Notes under the pieces: generated by a model
The model's input: the letters and a program-made list of their open reading frames with translations, nothing else
Told to the model about the DNA's origin: nothing
Database searches by the model: none
Position numbers and translations under genes: made by a program
Shown: in pieces, positions 51,770 to 64,000 of the stretch
Layout of the letters: every line of letters starts with the position of its first letter
Numbering within the stretch: the first letter of the stretch is position 1
From: Raillietiella orientalis
Lineage: Eukaryota
Assembly (NCBI GenBank): GCA_036172245.1
Contig: JAYWIR010000004.1
Coordinates: forward strand, 3,224,001-3,288,000
Direction: 5' to 3'
Length of the DNA stretch: 64,000 nt

Positions 51770-54700
51770 GTTTATTTATAAAAAATTAAACATACAAGTC
51801 AACTGCAGGACGCTTGGTCCTGCCATGCTTTTACGAAAAGGAACCTGCCGAGGACCAGCGTGCAGGCCGATGAGGTTCGTCTCCGCAGCAGAAGGGAAAG
51901 GGATACAAAAAAAATTGGGAGGTTTCGGGAAGGGATCACCGGATGCTGGAGCGCCCTCCAGCATCCGGTGCCTTCTTGCCCTCTTTTGCATTCTTGGCAG
52001 GGTGCCGACAAGTTCCGGCTGTTTTAGGATCCCCAGATGGCGTCATCTTGACGTTGTCCTCATGAAGAGAACGGCAAAATAGATGGTGTCCCTATCGTTT
52101 TGGATTCCTCTGGCGTTGCTGCATGCAGCCACGATCCCGCGTAGGCAGCAAAGGCAAGCTGCTGGGGATGCAATGCGGCCGGCGTGAGGACGCCGCGCAG
52201 GAAGAGGCTCTTCAGAACGTCTCTGGGGGTTGCCCTCGGGAATTTGCAGGGATGCGGCAAAGCACAGAGGGCAGAGGACAGCACAATCCATGCGCAGGTG
52301 CGAGAGAGACTCTCTCTCTCTGCACCTGCTGCAGTTGAAACTTCCATCCCCCTGGGTATAATGGTGTCGGCGAATTCCTTCATGTACCACCAGGAACGCC
52401 AACTCCTGCCACTTTGAAGAAGGGGACTTGCACTTTTCCAGCACTCTTGAGGCCACTATACCTCCACCGGAGGGATTTGCAGTAGCTCTCTCCAGCGTAG
52501 CAGTCCTTTTTGGGTTGGAAGCGTCCTCCAGGTCGCGAGTTGTCCACGCATGAAGAAGTTTCTTTCTGTTCTCAATCGTACACGTCACCTTCCACTTTGC
52601 CAGAAGGTCGCTGTCTATTGCTTCCCGTATGGAGGGCAGCACTGGGGCAAGAGGGCTGAATGACGCCCAAAGCAGATTCCTGGTATTGCCCGGATATCCC
52701 TCAACGATTGACGAGCATATCTGCTGGATTACTGAGGATTACTGAGGATAGACCCTTAACCGTAGGTGGTGTTTGAATTCTCTTTGCTACTGCTGCACTT
52801 GAGAACCGTGGGAGAAGTCTTGGGCGGCTTGGAGCAGCTTCAGAGATATCGGACTCTGTCTGGTGGATGAGGCAGCTTCTCGGAACATCCCTTTGGTCGA
52901 TGAGACATCCCTTCGATCATGCATCTTCCATACCGGAGCGGTGCAGTGATGAGACGAGAGGAGTGCACTGGTGTGCGTCGTCCTCACAGCACCGACAGAG
53001 GTCTTCCGGAAGGAAAGAAGCGGTCGAGAATGGCGAACCTCCGTCTAGGAGAAGGAGGAGGGAGCGAGAGCAGTCGAAACATCGCGATTCTTCTCAATAG
53101 CTCCGACCGAGCGTCTTCCACGCCTCGAGATACTCTCGCAAGGATATGGAGGCATCCAGAGACGATTCAATCCGCCACAAACCCGGTTCCAGGATGCGGG
53201 ATCAACTCCACAACGCATTTCTCTTTGGGTGGCTGCAAGAGACAGGGTTCCGACAGGTACAGGCGTTGAAGGGATAGTGCGGACGTTCCTGCGAGCACCA
53301 CGGTTTCCACTGCCATAAGATGGGCCTGCATGTTTATTTTTTATATAAGTAAAATTCTTGGCGCAACCGGGTGTCAAACTTCCATAGGATAGAAGCACAG
53401 CGAAGGATGGAGCAGCAACCGCGAAAAGGAGTGTCGGTTTAGCGCCTCTAGTTGATCTTTCAAAGCGAATCCTAAAGCACCATCCTGTTGAACATCGTCG
53501 TTTCTTCATTAGCTCCCCCTTTCTCTGAACGGACTCGAAAATCGTGGCATCATTAGCGACACTGTACAGTGAGTGTTGGAGCAGGAGACACCGACACGGT
53601 ACACATCTACTGGGCGATGCTCGAGGGTATCTTGGAAGAGCTACGGAAACTCGGAGCACGCCAATGGATGGAGTCTTGGTCAGCTGCTGGCGTGACCAAA
53701 GTTCTTCGAGCACCTAAACGCTGGGGGACTTCTTGTGCTCGCTGCCCCTGGGGAGATGTTTGCATGTGCTACGTATTTTGTGCAGTCCAGTGTCCGCGAT
53801 TTCTGATTTGAGCCGCTCGCACCTCGTTGGTCACTGGAAACCATTCCAGAGAAGACGCAGCATCTTTTCCTACAACTCCAAGGGAGGAATGACTCTGCTG
53901 AGTTTTTTTTTTTTTGAGACCAGAAAGTCACGGAGAACTTGAGGATTTTGGTAGTTTCCTGAGCTGAGATCAGCCTTCCTCATCGTTAAGAGATGCACCC
54001 CGATAGCAGGACGGACCCTGGTCTTCCGTTTCCAAGGAAACTTTCTTCTCTTAGAGCAGTCGGGAGTGTCCCCTTATGCACCTTGCGTTGACGACGGGAA
54101 ATTTGTCAGTCAGCGGAGGGGAAAAAGAAAAAGTGCCAGGAATCCCGACATGCGCCTCCAGGTGGCGTTTGATGCTCCGGATGAAACAACGTTCTTTACA
54201 TTCTTCGGATGCTGCTGCTGCTGCTGCGCGAGATTCGACTTCCAGTTTCTCTTCCTCCCCCCTCTCAGACCCTCAGATCACGTCTCTCTTCAAAGGTGTG
54301 CAGCTCCGGCCTAAAAGTGTTCTGAATGCTTTTTAATCTTCGGATGCCCTGAGCACTGTCGACTCGAGGATCACCGGGAGAAGAACGAAAGCTGAGCTTC
54401 CGCAGAAGAGCGAATTTCCTGGTTCTCCTGTGGTGGGTGCCGTCCCAAGAATCCAGGGAATCGTCTCCTTCCCTTTCTCATGGAGTCCTGGATTTGGATC
54501 GAGAGGAGGATCCGTCGAAAACCCCACGGTTCACAAGGGGGAGGGGGGCGAGGAGGGCAAGAGGTGAATGGGGTCTGGATCCTTCCTTCTCCTTTTCTCG
54601 AACAAGGGCGTGCTCAGTGATCCGAAGGGAACGCCCCGCATCTCTCCCTGGCCTCCCTTAAAGCCTTCTTGGAGTATCGTCCTTGCTCCACCCCGTTTCC

Positions 54701-57250
54701 TCCACGTCCTTCCTTCCTTCCTACCGGAACTCCTGCCGCCGGACTGGAGAGAGGACTTGACGGGACGGAAAGAGTGGCAGCGTCTGGAGAGACTTGTGTC
54801 TTAGTAGCTCCTCATCCGTGGCTCCTGCCTTCGCTCCAGCTTGCTTCCCTTCCCGACTGATGAATCCTATCGCGCTTACTGAGTGGACTTTGCGTGGTTT
54901 CTGTTTATCCTGGTTTCAGTGAGGAGATCTCTTCCCTTGCGCGCCTCTCCCGCTGGTTTGCGGGGCTATCAGGAGGCGCCTAACTCCTACCTGTCTGGAT
55001 CAGTCAGGGAGAAGAAAAACGCCCCGAAGCATCGACTGAGGATAGGAGTGAAACGGATTTCGCGCGCACTGCAGTTTCCACAGCAACTGAGTCGAGAACA
55101 TTCAGAGATACACTGCGAGTGCACCCTGCTTTCCATTTCCCTCTACTATTTCATCCTTCTATGATACATCCTTCTGTGCACTTCAAGCCACTCTTCCCGT
55201 ATCTACCTCAGTACTCTCTCAGTTTCTCGGTACATGAAAGTACTTATCGTACATGAGACTCCGGGAGCACACGTTTAATAGATGCATGGCAGCTGGAGGA
55301 AGCGCCTGTGTTTCCCGTGCTTTCGAAGCCTCCGTTTTTTTCCTTTTATGCCCTTCCTTCTCCACTCTTTCCCTTTTTCTCATCTCTCTGGACCTGTTTT
55401 ATGTAAATGGACGTCAGTGATGACACGAGAGGACTCTGCCTGGAGGTATCGTTGACATCTCTCATGGGAACCAGAGGCTTACGTGTGCGTATTCTCCCCA
55501 GTTTCCGGGAGAAAAGAAAGAAAGGGATGAGAAGAACAATTGAATCCAAGTGGGAGGAAACGGCTTCATCAGGGAGGATGCAAGCTCGCGAGAAAATCGA
55601 GAGGTTTGGGCTGCGTGTTCTCGATGGTGATGATTGTGCGAGGGTGGATCGAGCAGCTCTCCTGCTAAGAGCTGGCTCAGGAGCTGCTAAGAGGCCGCCC
55701 CATCGAATAGTGATTCCCCGTCCTGGAAGGAGGGAGAAACATCTTCTTCGGGAGCTCCGGGAATCACGAAAGCCTTCTCTGCTCCATCTTCCCTCCTATC
55801 TCATCTTCGGCATCTTCCAGGCATCTGAAAGCTGAAAGTCACTCTCCTCCAGCTTCCAAAAGGTGCAGGTCCTCTTCTACTCCTCCTTCCCTTCTCTCGT
55901 GTCCACAGGTCCCGGAGGTAGGAAGGCTACACCATCGAGCAAGACCAAGGAAGCGAGGGTACAGAGCAGAGCTGCCTGGACGGAGGTTCTCTGCTCCAAG
56001 AAACAGCACTTCTCCCAGAAAAAAGAGGAGTCGGTGGAGAGAGATTAGATCTGTGTCAGCATCCCCTGTTCTTCATGTATTCGCATGCTAAGGGAAGCTC
56101 TTTCCGCGCTCGCGGTGCCGCGGACAGATGGACTCACCAAAAGCCCTGCTGGATCACAAAGCCATCCTTCCAGAGGACATCAGCTCTTTTGGCGGTACTG
56201 CCGATGGCACCAGACAGGGTATGCAGCTGGGAAGCCGGAAAGAGCGAGTAGGGCTCTTCCTGGAGATTGAATTGTAGTTGGGGTTCAGTCCCCCACCATC
56301 CTCCTTTTCCTCCTTCTTTCCTCTCCCTTCCCTTTTCTGAGATCCTCTCCTTGTTTCCGAGATCCGTCATCAAGAAGGCAGAGATTCTCCTCAAAGAAGT
56401 TTCCTCTCGAGAGGAGGAGATCGGTGAGAGGTCACCGGAAGAATTGGCTTTCGTTTTCTCTTCTCATTTCTGTCCCCCTCTCCGTGGGTGAGGAATGAGA
56501 AGAAGAGTTTCTCTCTTTTCCTACTCCTGGTGCACATTTATCCAGTCTGTCTGCTTCCGCGTACCAGGGATACTGAGTCCATCATGTGTGCTGCAACCTA
56601 TTCTCCACATCCTCCCCTTCTTCCTTTTCCTCCTTCTCTTTCTCCTGTTTCTTTTTTCTCTTTCTCTACCCTCTCTACCTCTTCCTCCTTCTCTTCCTAC
56701 TCCTTCTCTTTCTCCTCTTCCATCTCCTCCTATTCCTCTTTCTGATCACCGATGACCTGCTGAGACATGAGTTTGCTGCTGTTAGACTTGTCCTCAGCAC
56801 GGGCTCGCGAGTTGAGACCTCATAACAGCGCTGCGCTTGCGAGCATCCGAGGATCATTCGGGTCCTAAGCAACGCTCCGGGAGCCAGATAGCCCTTGAAA
56901 CCGGTGTTCTCCAGTACCAGATCGGAAACGAACCCCATAGGACCCCACGTCTTCATTGATCTCACTTCTTGCCGAAGACACCGGGAGAGAGAGAGCATGT
57001 GCGCTCGAGGCAGTATTGCTTAGGTTTCCTTTCCCTACCTGACCGCGAGCCCAGTGTAATATGCGTCTCCGAACTTCCTCTAATCCCCCTGTGTATGCGG
57101 GGCGTCCCTTCATGTGGCACTTGTGATTGCAGGAGCGCGCAAATGTCATCCTGTGAGTCCATCCTCCTCATCTGCCCGCAGGTGTGCCGTCTCTACATAT
57201 CTGCATTGTCCGCTCCCACGTGAGTCGCCTCTGCGACGTCAGCAGCGGGT
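51770..57250 (-). mobile_element. Near full-length decayed L1/Tx1-like non-LTR retrotransposon
   Basis: Minus-strand order: ORF1-like (MILGCSQAQRCY, ~56830), endonuclease-like (NLQEEP...KRADVLWK, ~56270-56170), RT-like remnant (RGAKPTLLF, ~53440), C-terminal zinc finger (KWQELAFLVVH...CSRCRERESLSHLRMDC, ORF 52043..52642), and AATAAA at 51771-51776. Confidence 0.6.
56606..56743. repeat. CT-rich (polypyrimidine) low-complexity tract
   Basis: ~140 nt almost entirely C/T, with CTC/CTT units. Confidence 0.9.
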
Positions 57251-60200
57251 CCTATGCCCCCTTCCCGCATCCCTGTGGAGCCCTCCTTCTCTTCCGACCG
57301 GGAGTCCTCACTCCCGGCTGAGCACCCCTGAGCCAGGGAGCAGATGTGAGCCGCGCGTTGCAACAGCGCGTCCAGAGCCCGGACTCTTCGCGTCCCAGTT
57401 ATCAGCGGCTCCTCCTCCTCCTCCTCCTCCTCCTTCGTTGGGAAACGATGGCGACCGCGCGCTTGCGCCTCTCTTTCTCCCTCCCCCTCCTCCACTTGGG
57501 GACACTGGGGAGGGGGGCTATTGCAAATTCCCGGCCGCCGCTGCGATTGCGCAAGTGGACCGAGCCCGCTACTGCGCATCGCGCAGCGCACATCCTTCCC
57601 GGGGATCATAATTTATGGCATTCGTTACCCTGTGGCGCAACGCGCCATTATCACTCGAGGGAGCGGGGAAGGGAGAGGGGAGGAGCGCCGACGGCAAGCG
57701 GCGTCCGACCGGACGACTGTCTGCGCGCCGAGGAGGGATGGCGACGCTCCCTCGTTCCTCCTCGGTAGAGAGGAGGAAAAAGCCGTGAGGACGGGGGACG
57801 AGGACGGGGACGAGAACGGGGCGGGGTGGCATCCTGGGGGCGGCGGATATTCCCTCCGCCGCCGGGATGCTGAAGGAGGAGACATCCAATGCCTCTTCTT
57901 CCTCCCCTCCCCCCGCTCGCGGGGTCTCGCTCCTACCCTTGCTCTTTCCGAGTGGGGTCCGTACTTGCAGGACAGGGAAGAATTTTTTTTCGGACCGCCA
58001 TTTTTCCAGGAGGGAGTTCCTCCTCCAAGGAGCTAGAAGTGCATCTCCTCCTTCTCATCCTCCTTCCCTTTTCTCCCACATGATCACTCTAAACAAGAAA
58101 AGGAGGCTGCTGACGGTCGGGAGCCACTCTCCCTTCAAGAGACTCCGCCGCCAATCCGGAGGAGCAGGCAGTCGGAAGAAAAGGGAATGTGGGAGGGGAG
58201 ATACAGAGGAGGAGGAGCCGGGGGTTCCCTCCTCCCAGACTTCCTGCTCTCCCTCCTGCTGGCTCCTGTACTTCTACTGCTGCTGCGCCTACGCTCCTCT
58301 CCGGGAGCCAGGAGCACGCAGCTCAGGGGGAGGCGTGGATCCCTCTCCTGCTCGAAGGAGAGGCGTGAGGCGGCAGGGTCCATCGCTCGAGGGAAAAGGC
58401 AGCCACTGGACCGTCGCCCCGCGATCCGTGCCTTCTTCCCTCCAGGAAAAAAAAACAGCCCTACATCTAACCCAACCCATCAGCGATTGCCAACTCCACA
58501 CCCTACACACGGTTATTTAGCTCGGGTCCATCAAATCCCCTACGATTGCCACCCTCCTTGTCCTACCCTCGAGGAGGAGAAATGGGGTGTTCCGGCGCTT
58601 CCCTCAAAAGAGTGCATCTGCGATTCCCGGAAGATCCCTTGTTCCCCTGCCCCCTCTAGGTGCAGACTGCTGTCTCTTCGAAGCGCTCTCACCTCGTTCC
58701 ACTCTCACCCCCACCTCCGCTGCCCAGTTCCTCTTCCTCGGTGAACCTCGTCCCCGGTCGCCTGGGCAGACTCCACTGCGCGGCGGCAGTTCGGAGGAGA
58801 AAGTGAGGGGGAGGGTAAAGGAGAGAGTTAGCCGGGATTCACAGGCGAACAGACCGGCTAGGTGCTCCCTGCCTCCCTCGGAGGGTCCTGAGGTCGTGTG
58901 GAGCGTCTCACTCCTCCCTCCTTTTAGTCATTCTCCTGAGGCGGAGGTCGCGGAGGGCAGGTGGAGGGAAGGAAGGGCGAGGCGTGGGAGGAAGAAGGGG
59001 AAAGGAGCAGTTGACCCTTTCCTACCGGAAATACGTATCCAAGAGGGGCTCCCCTACGCGCCTAGACCAGGGCAAAGGGAGACTGAGCAACGGAGGGCCG
59101 GGAAGATATGGAAGGAAGGAAGGGAGGAGGCACAGGGGGATGAAGTTGGGCCCCTACCGAGCATCCCATTCCGGAAGTGCTCCTTTTTCCTCCCCTCTCT
59201 CCGCTTCGAACTCGCCCCCTCCTTTCTCTTGCCGAAGAAGTTCATCTTCCTTCGGGAGCAGATCTCGAGACTGCCTTCTGCCGTTCCTGGGAGCTTCGAA
59301 CAGGAGCGATCGGGCACTTCCGGTGGACATCCGCTCCTCCATCTGGGATTGCAAGATAGGAGTCCCCGATCTTCCGTGGGGAGGGAGGAAAGGGATGGGG
59401 GTAGAGGTGCTGCAATTCCCTTCTTCTGATGTGCCTTCTCTCGGGACAAAAGGACGCAGGATCCCTCCGCTGTCCCCCCCTTCGTCCCAGCTTCTCTTTC
59501 CGAAGTACAGGGGAGTCAGGGATGAAAGGAAGTTGTCCTCCTGAGATTTGGAATTCGTGAGGCTCTTCCAGAAAGCGCGCGGGAAAAGGGGGAATGGGAG
59601 AAGGGCGACCTCATGGCATCCCTTGCACTCTCCTATGAGTCTGCGCGCTCGAGGCACAGGACTGATTCCCTCTCCCATATTATCCCGGGCACCTGGATGG
59701 CAGGGGAGGGGAACTCCTAGGGACCAGTTGGGAGTGCGGAAGGGGTAGGTGATCTCAAGTGGGACGGTTCCTTTCTCTCCTTAAAGGAATGCTCCACGCG
59801 CGGTTCAGAGGAGACTCCCAGAAACGGAGGACAGGATTGCCTAAGGAACGAATTTTCCGGGAAGACCAGGGGAAGGAGAAGAAACGTAGGCAGAAGAGCG
59901 AAGTGCAGAGCCCCTCCGTCACGGGGCGGCTACCCCTCTTAGATTCCCTCCGTGTTTCAGTTGGGAGGGTGATCGACCCTCCTCTCCCGGACTGGGAGAC
60001 GCCGAAAGGAGGACATCGGACCTCTGTCCTCCACCGCGGCCGGAAGCATGTTCTAAGCGCCTCAAGGCAGCCCCATTGCGTGCAGCGCGCGAGGGGGTCC
60101 GCGCCGGGAACTCCCCCTCTCTCGCGGATCGCAGACCGCTTGCCGCCTCCATCGAAAGGCTCACCCGCGCGCTCCAGGCAGCACCTCTTAGGAGGCTGCC

Positions 60201-62949
60201 TGTGATGGGCGACGCTTCGGGCAGCGCGGCTTCCGTGTCCAGCTTAGCCTCCACGACCTCCTGGAGACGCCGGACGAGACCAAGCAAAGGGGCGGGGACT
60301 GCCCGCTGAGATGCGGGAGGAGAGAGAGCCTGGGGTGACCCCACGGGAGAGGGAGCAGAGAGGCGGGTGCCGAGATCCCCGGAAGAAAGGAGTGCAAAGA
60401 CCCTCAAGAGCTCAGAAGCAAGTTGTCCCTGCACGGAGAAATTCAGGATTGACTTCTTCCGCGTGGAGACCTCAGGAAGACAGCAAGCCAGCTCCAGGAG
60501 CAGCAGGAACCATCGCGTCGAGTCCCGCCGGATAGCCCACCGGCCCGGCGGCACTCCTGGAATGGGTCTCTCTCTCCTCCAGGCCGCATACGTGTTCGGA
60601 TCCGACAGATGGCGTCTCTCGCAGGCGGCAGTTCACGGGTGCCGACGGCGTCCCTGAGGAGACAGAGCGGCTCCGGCAGACCCGAACGGCTTTTGCAACA
60701 GGGAATGAACTTTGGTGGCAGCAAGGAGCATGCAGGAGCGTGGAGACCGAGCGGAGGAGGCTGCGTCCCCGCGACCGGGGAACGCGTCGATCCTCATGCC
60801 GCTCCTCTTGGAAACCTTCGGCCAGGAGCAGAAGAGACGTGGAACAAAACGCATTCAAGGATCGCCGTACACGAAAGACTAGAAAAAGAAGGAAAAAAAA
60901 ACAGGGAACGAAGATTAACTGTTCCCCAGTGCTCAGTTTCTATTACGTATATTATGCAATAATTGGATTTAATTCAACTGCTGATTTCGCAGTTCCATCT
61001 ATCGCGTAAAACACACGTATGTCATTAATGAGATGGATTGAAACGTGCTCATACGATAGTCGACATTAATATAATAATAACGGAGAAAGTAGGGCAAGGA
61101 AGGCGCATTACTGAACGCCATGTATGCCTTGTTGATGATTTTGTGTAAGGCTGCTGGACGGCTATCCTGTGTAACAGGTTCTTCGCCAGAATGTAATAAC
61201 AGAGCAGACCCCCAGGCTCCGCTCTATAGCAATCCGCGTTATACGAATCCTAGGGGTGGATGATGCGATGGGATTGACAGATGGCATGCAATGTATCTTG
61301 AAATGTTATAACAGAGGAAGACTTGAAAACACAAAAAAAGATCAAACGTCAATTTATTTATTATTTGACTTAAAGTGGAAAAAGAAAAAAAAACTATTAG
61401 AGTTTTGTTGATATTCAATCCATATGAACAATTCGAGGGTTTCAGCTCTACCATTCCTGTGGTTGAAATGCATCTTGTCGAGCTACCTGATTCAGGAAAA
61501 TTTGAATGAACTAGAGTTCACCTTCTCAAGTCATGTGTTCGTGTCCTTTTTTTAAAACAAACAAACAAACAAACAGACGAACTGACACGAAGCATGGACT
61601 GTTGTACTGCGAACTGTACCACAAGATCAGAATTCATCCACAGCGGTGTACGGGGGTGGCGGATCAGCGGCGCTATCCGAGGGCTGACGCTGCTTTTCGG
61701 CCGAGTTTTGCAGATGTCTGCGGTTGTCACAGTTGCATCCTGGAAAAGTATCTACACCTTCACTGATACCATAAATAGAATGCATATAATTGCTATTCAT
61801 GGATGCCGATTTCATGGTGTTCTATTATTCAGAGGGTGCCTTAAAAAAAGATGATGGAAATCCATCCCATTCAAGTATTCGAATCAACGGAAGGTAAAAA
61901 CCAACAGGACTTCTATCCAGTCCTGAACCAGGAATTCTATGCAGTCTATTAAATAACCGGAAGGTCGATCGGTGCTTTCGCTTCACTGTGAACACGACAA
62001 TCAGCTTAAGAACCAGGTTGGGTGGAACATTTCCATCGCAACTAGGAGGAGGCTGGCTGATCTCTGCAAGTGTCCACGCGATTCGTGAAGGCAGATCCAT
62101 GGATGGCGGAAACTCCTCGGCCCTTTGGCAATAAGTATCAGCATGGCGCAAAATACACGAGAGCGCCGTGTGCGGCATCTTGCGCTTCAGCTGTTGGGCG
62201 ACCACTTTTAAGAGTCCTGCAGTCCTGCGCTCAGGAACTTTAAGGGACCTTCTTCGAGTGTCGATATGATTGGGAGCAGTTATGCTAATAATAGAACCAT
62301 CGCCAACGAAAGGTCTTGTGACTGGCTACCAAGATCAAGGGAACTCTCTAAAATCTTGAGGGGGAGGGGGGGGGAATGATGTCCGATAAATATACACATG
62401 TGAAGCTCACTTGAAGCACCTACATTTGAAGCACATTTGAGTCGCGTGCCCCTCTAATTTTTTAGCAACGGCTCTGGAAACAGCGAGAAGAGCAGGGACC
62501 GGGGACCGGCGTTCCAATCTGCCTCCAAAGGAGTGCTCGTCCGCAGCAGCAAGAGCGTGAGTCGTGGGATACCTGTGATCCTGGAATCTGGAGAACGACA
62601 AGGTCCATTGCTGAATGAATTGAAAATTCCCAAGAGGCAGACAAATCGCATTAAAAAAAAAATGGCGTGCTCGAACGTCCAGCATTTCCATGATGCGTAA
62701 TGGAAGCGTTGGAAAGATCCCCTCCACTCAACCCCTTCCGCAATGAAGAAACCTTCAAGTATCACTGCCCTTTGATGACTCAGCAACGACTGTCTAATGT
62801 TCCCAGGGGCTGAGTTTGGGGGGTTACAGATGCGAGCATTGCCTTGCCATGTGTTTAGCGACGCCTCGGAAAGCACTGCAGCTCCCTGGCGGCGCCAGCA
62901 ACGGGAGGCGAATATCCGACGACCGTCCACTGATTCCCTTCAGTCTGCC

Positions 62950-63650
62950 ACGACCGAATCCTTGTCGGCGATCTGCTCCCCTGCTGCAGCTGTAAGGCGT
63001 GGCCTCAGATATGAGGCTGCACGCGGGAATTCTTCGGAATGAAAGTGAGGGAGCTGCCTTGACGGTCCAGCAGGTGAACAATCTACGCTAACGGTTCCAG
63101 TGTGTTCCAGTGCCCTTGTGGTATCTGCCAGAAGTAAGGATCTTCGCTCCAGAGAGAGGATTCCAGACAAACCTACCGACGAGTCCAAAACTGAAGGAAG
63201 AGAAAGGGAAGCGAGGAACCTCGCCTGGGATCACGACCCCTTCCTAAGTAGTTCCGGAACGGGCGATTCCTGCCGTCTGGCAGTGGATTGTTCGCCTTCA
63301 TCGCACGCGTTCTCACAGGATTGGAGCCGATCTTGAAACGTGACAGAACATTCGAAACACTCTCTGTACGATTCCTTGTCTTCCGTTCCGGGATGGTAGC
63401 ATGAAGCACAGCGGTTGCACAGCGGCGTCTGGAAATACACGAGATGCACAAGGAATAATGCACGGTGGTCTCAAATTTCCAGCTGCTCGTTCGTCCAGAA
63501 ATGAGTTGGTTGCCGCTTTGAAGAAATGGATCGCAAGCTCACGAGGCAAGACGATGATGACCACGAGCAGAGCAACGATAACTTACTCCTGCTGTCCCAC
63601 ATCCGTTCTGGAAGGATCCAGACTTGCCCCTGGATATGAGATGCACTTTC
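62950..63650 (-). mobile_element. Decayed hAT transposase (ZMYM1/Tip100-like)
   Basis: Collinear minus-strand motifs: SRTDVGQQE*VIVALLVV..PRELAIHFF (DETTD..EQ-like, 63615-63520), IHCQ (~63280; HCxxH-like), TCWTVK (~63065; TRW-like). Stops and frameshifts. Confidence 0.45.
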
Positions 63651-64000
63651 AGGTTCCCGTTAGCGTTGCCCAGGATTCCATGATCTGCTCTTTGGAACAG
63701 GTTGTTTCGGTGTTGTGACAGTTCCACACCAAGATCTTTTTGCATGGATCCCTGGATCCTCTGCACTCCAATATGGTTATCTGGAGGTGAAATCTTCAGC
63801 TTCTGGGCCCAGACGTTTTGTTTTTTACCCATCGAAGCCCTTTCAAACTCTCTTGTTTGCTCCAGATACACTAGATGAGTTCACGTATCCCGCTACCTCA
63901 TGCTTGAAGAAAGAAAACGCTTTGAGTGATCACAAGAGAAGAAAGGAAAGATCAATCGTTGCAGATCAATCAGTGCAGATCGTTCTCATCATAACGGCAC

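Noticed and set aside
19000..61000. Numerous long overlapping ORFs (e.g. 23131..24315-, 31818..32816+, 33185..34219-, 58587..59429+)
   Set aside because: R/P/G/S-rich translations open in several frames at once, expected from stop-codon scarcity in GC-rich DNA; only the last 38 codons of 23131..24315 look real (SLC6 last exon).
1..64000. CRISPR arrays, rRNA, tRNA or prokaryotic operons
   Set aside because: No regularly spaced repeats or recognisable structural RNA genes seen; the genes are intron-containing and eukaryotic.

Overview
Eukaryotic, probably protostome (arthropod-like) genomic DNA; most entries in the ORF track are spurious. The first ~18.9 kb is AT-rich. It holds an intact 15-exon attractin gene (+, 2207-9110) with very short introns (down to 38 nt). 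Tail-to-tail with it lies a multi-exon CCDC180/CFAP76-like locus (-, ~9481-17546) that appears disabled by stops and frameshifts. From ~18.9 kb the sequence is mostly GC-rich. It holds an intact 10-exon SLC6 amino-acid-type transporter (-, 23131-31778, with an inferred GC-AG last intron) and many heavily decayed transposon relics (L1/Tx1-, CR1-, hAT-like, possibly Penelope- and DIRS-like). The most striking structures are an apparently perfect 969-bp inverted repeat (43453-44421 / 47473-48441) around a dead hAT transposase and a pre-miRNA-sized hairpin (35957-36017). Homology calls rest on manual translation and recalled family motifs, not database searches. I did not find a clearly novel multi-gene system.
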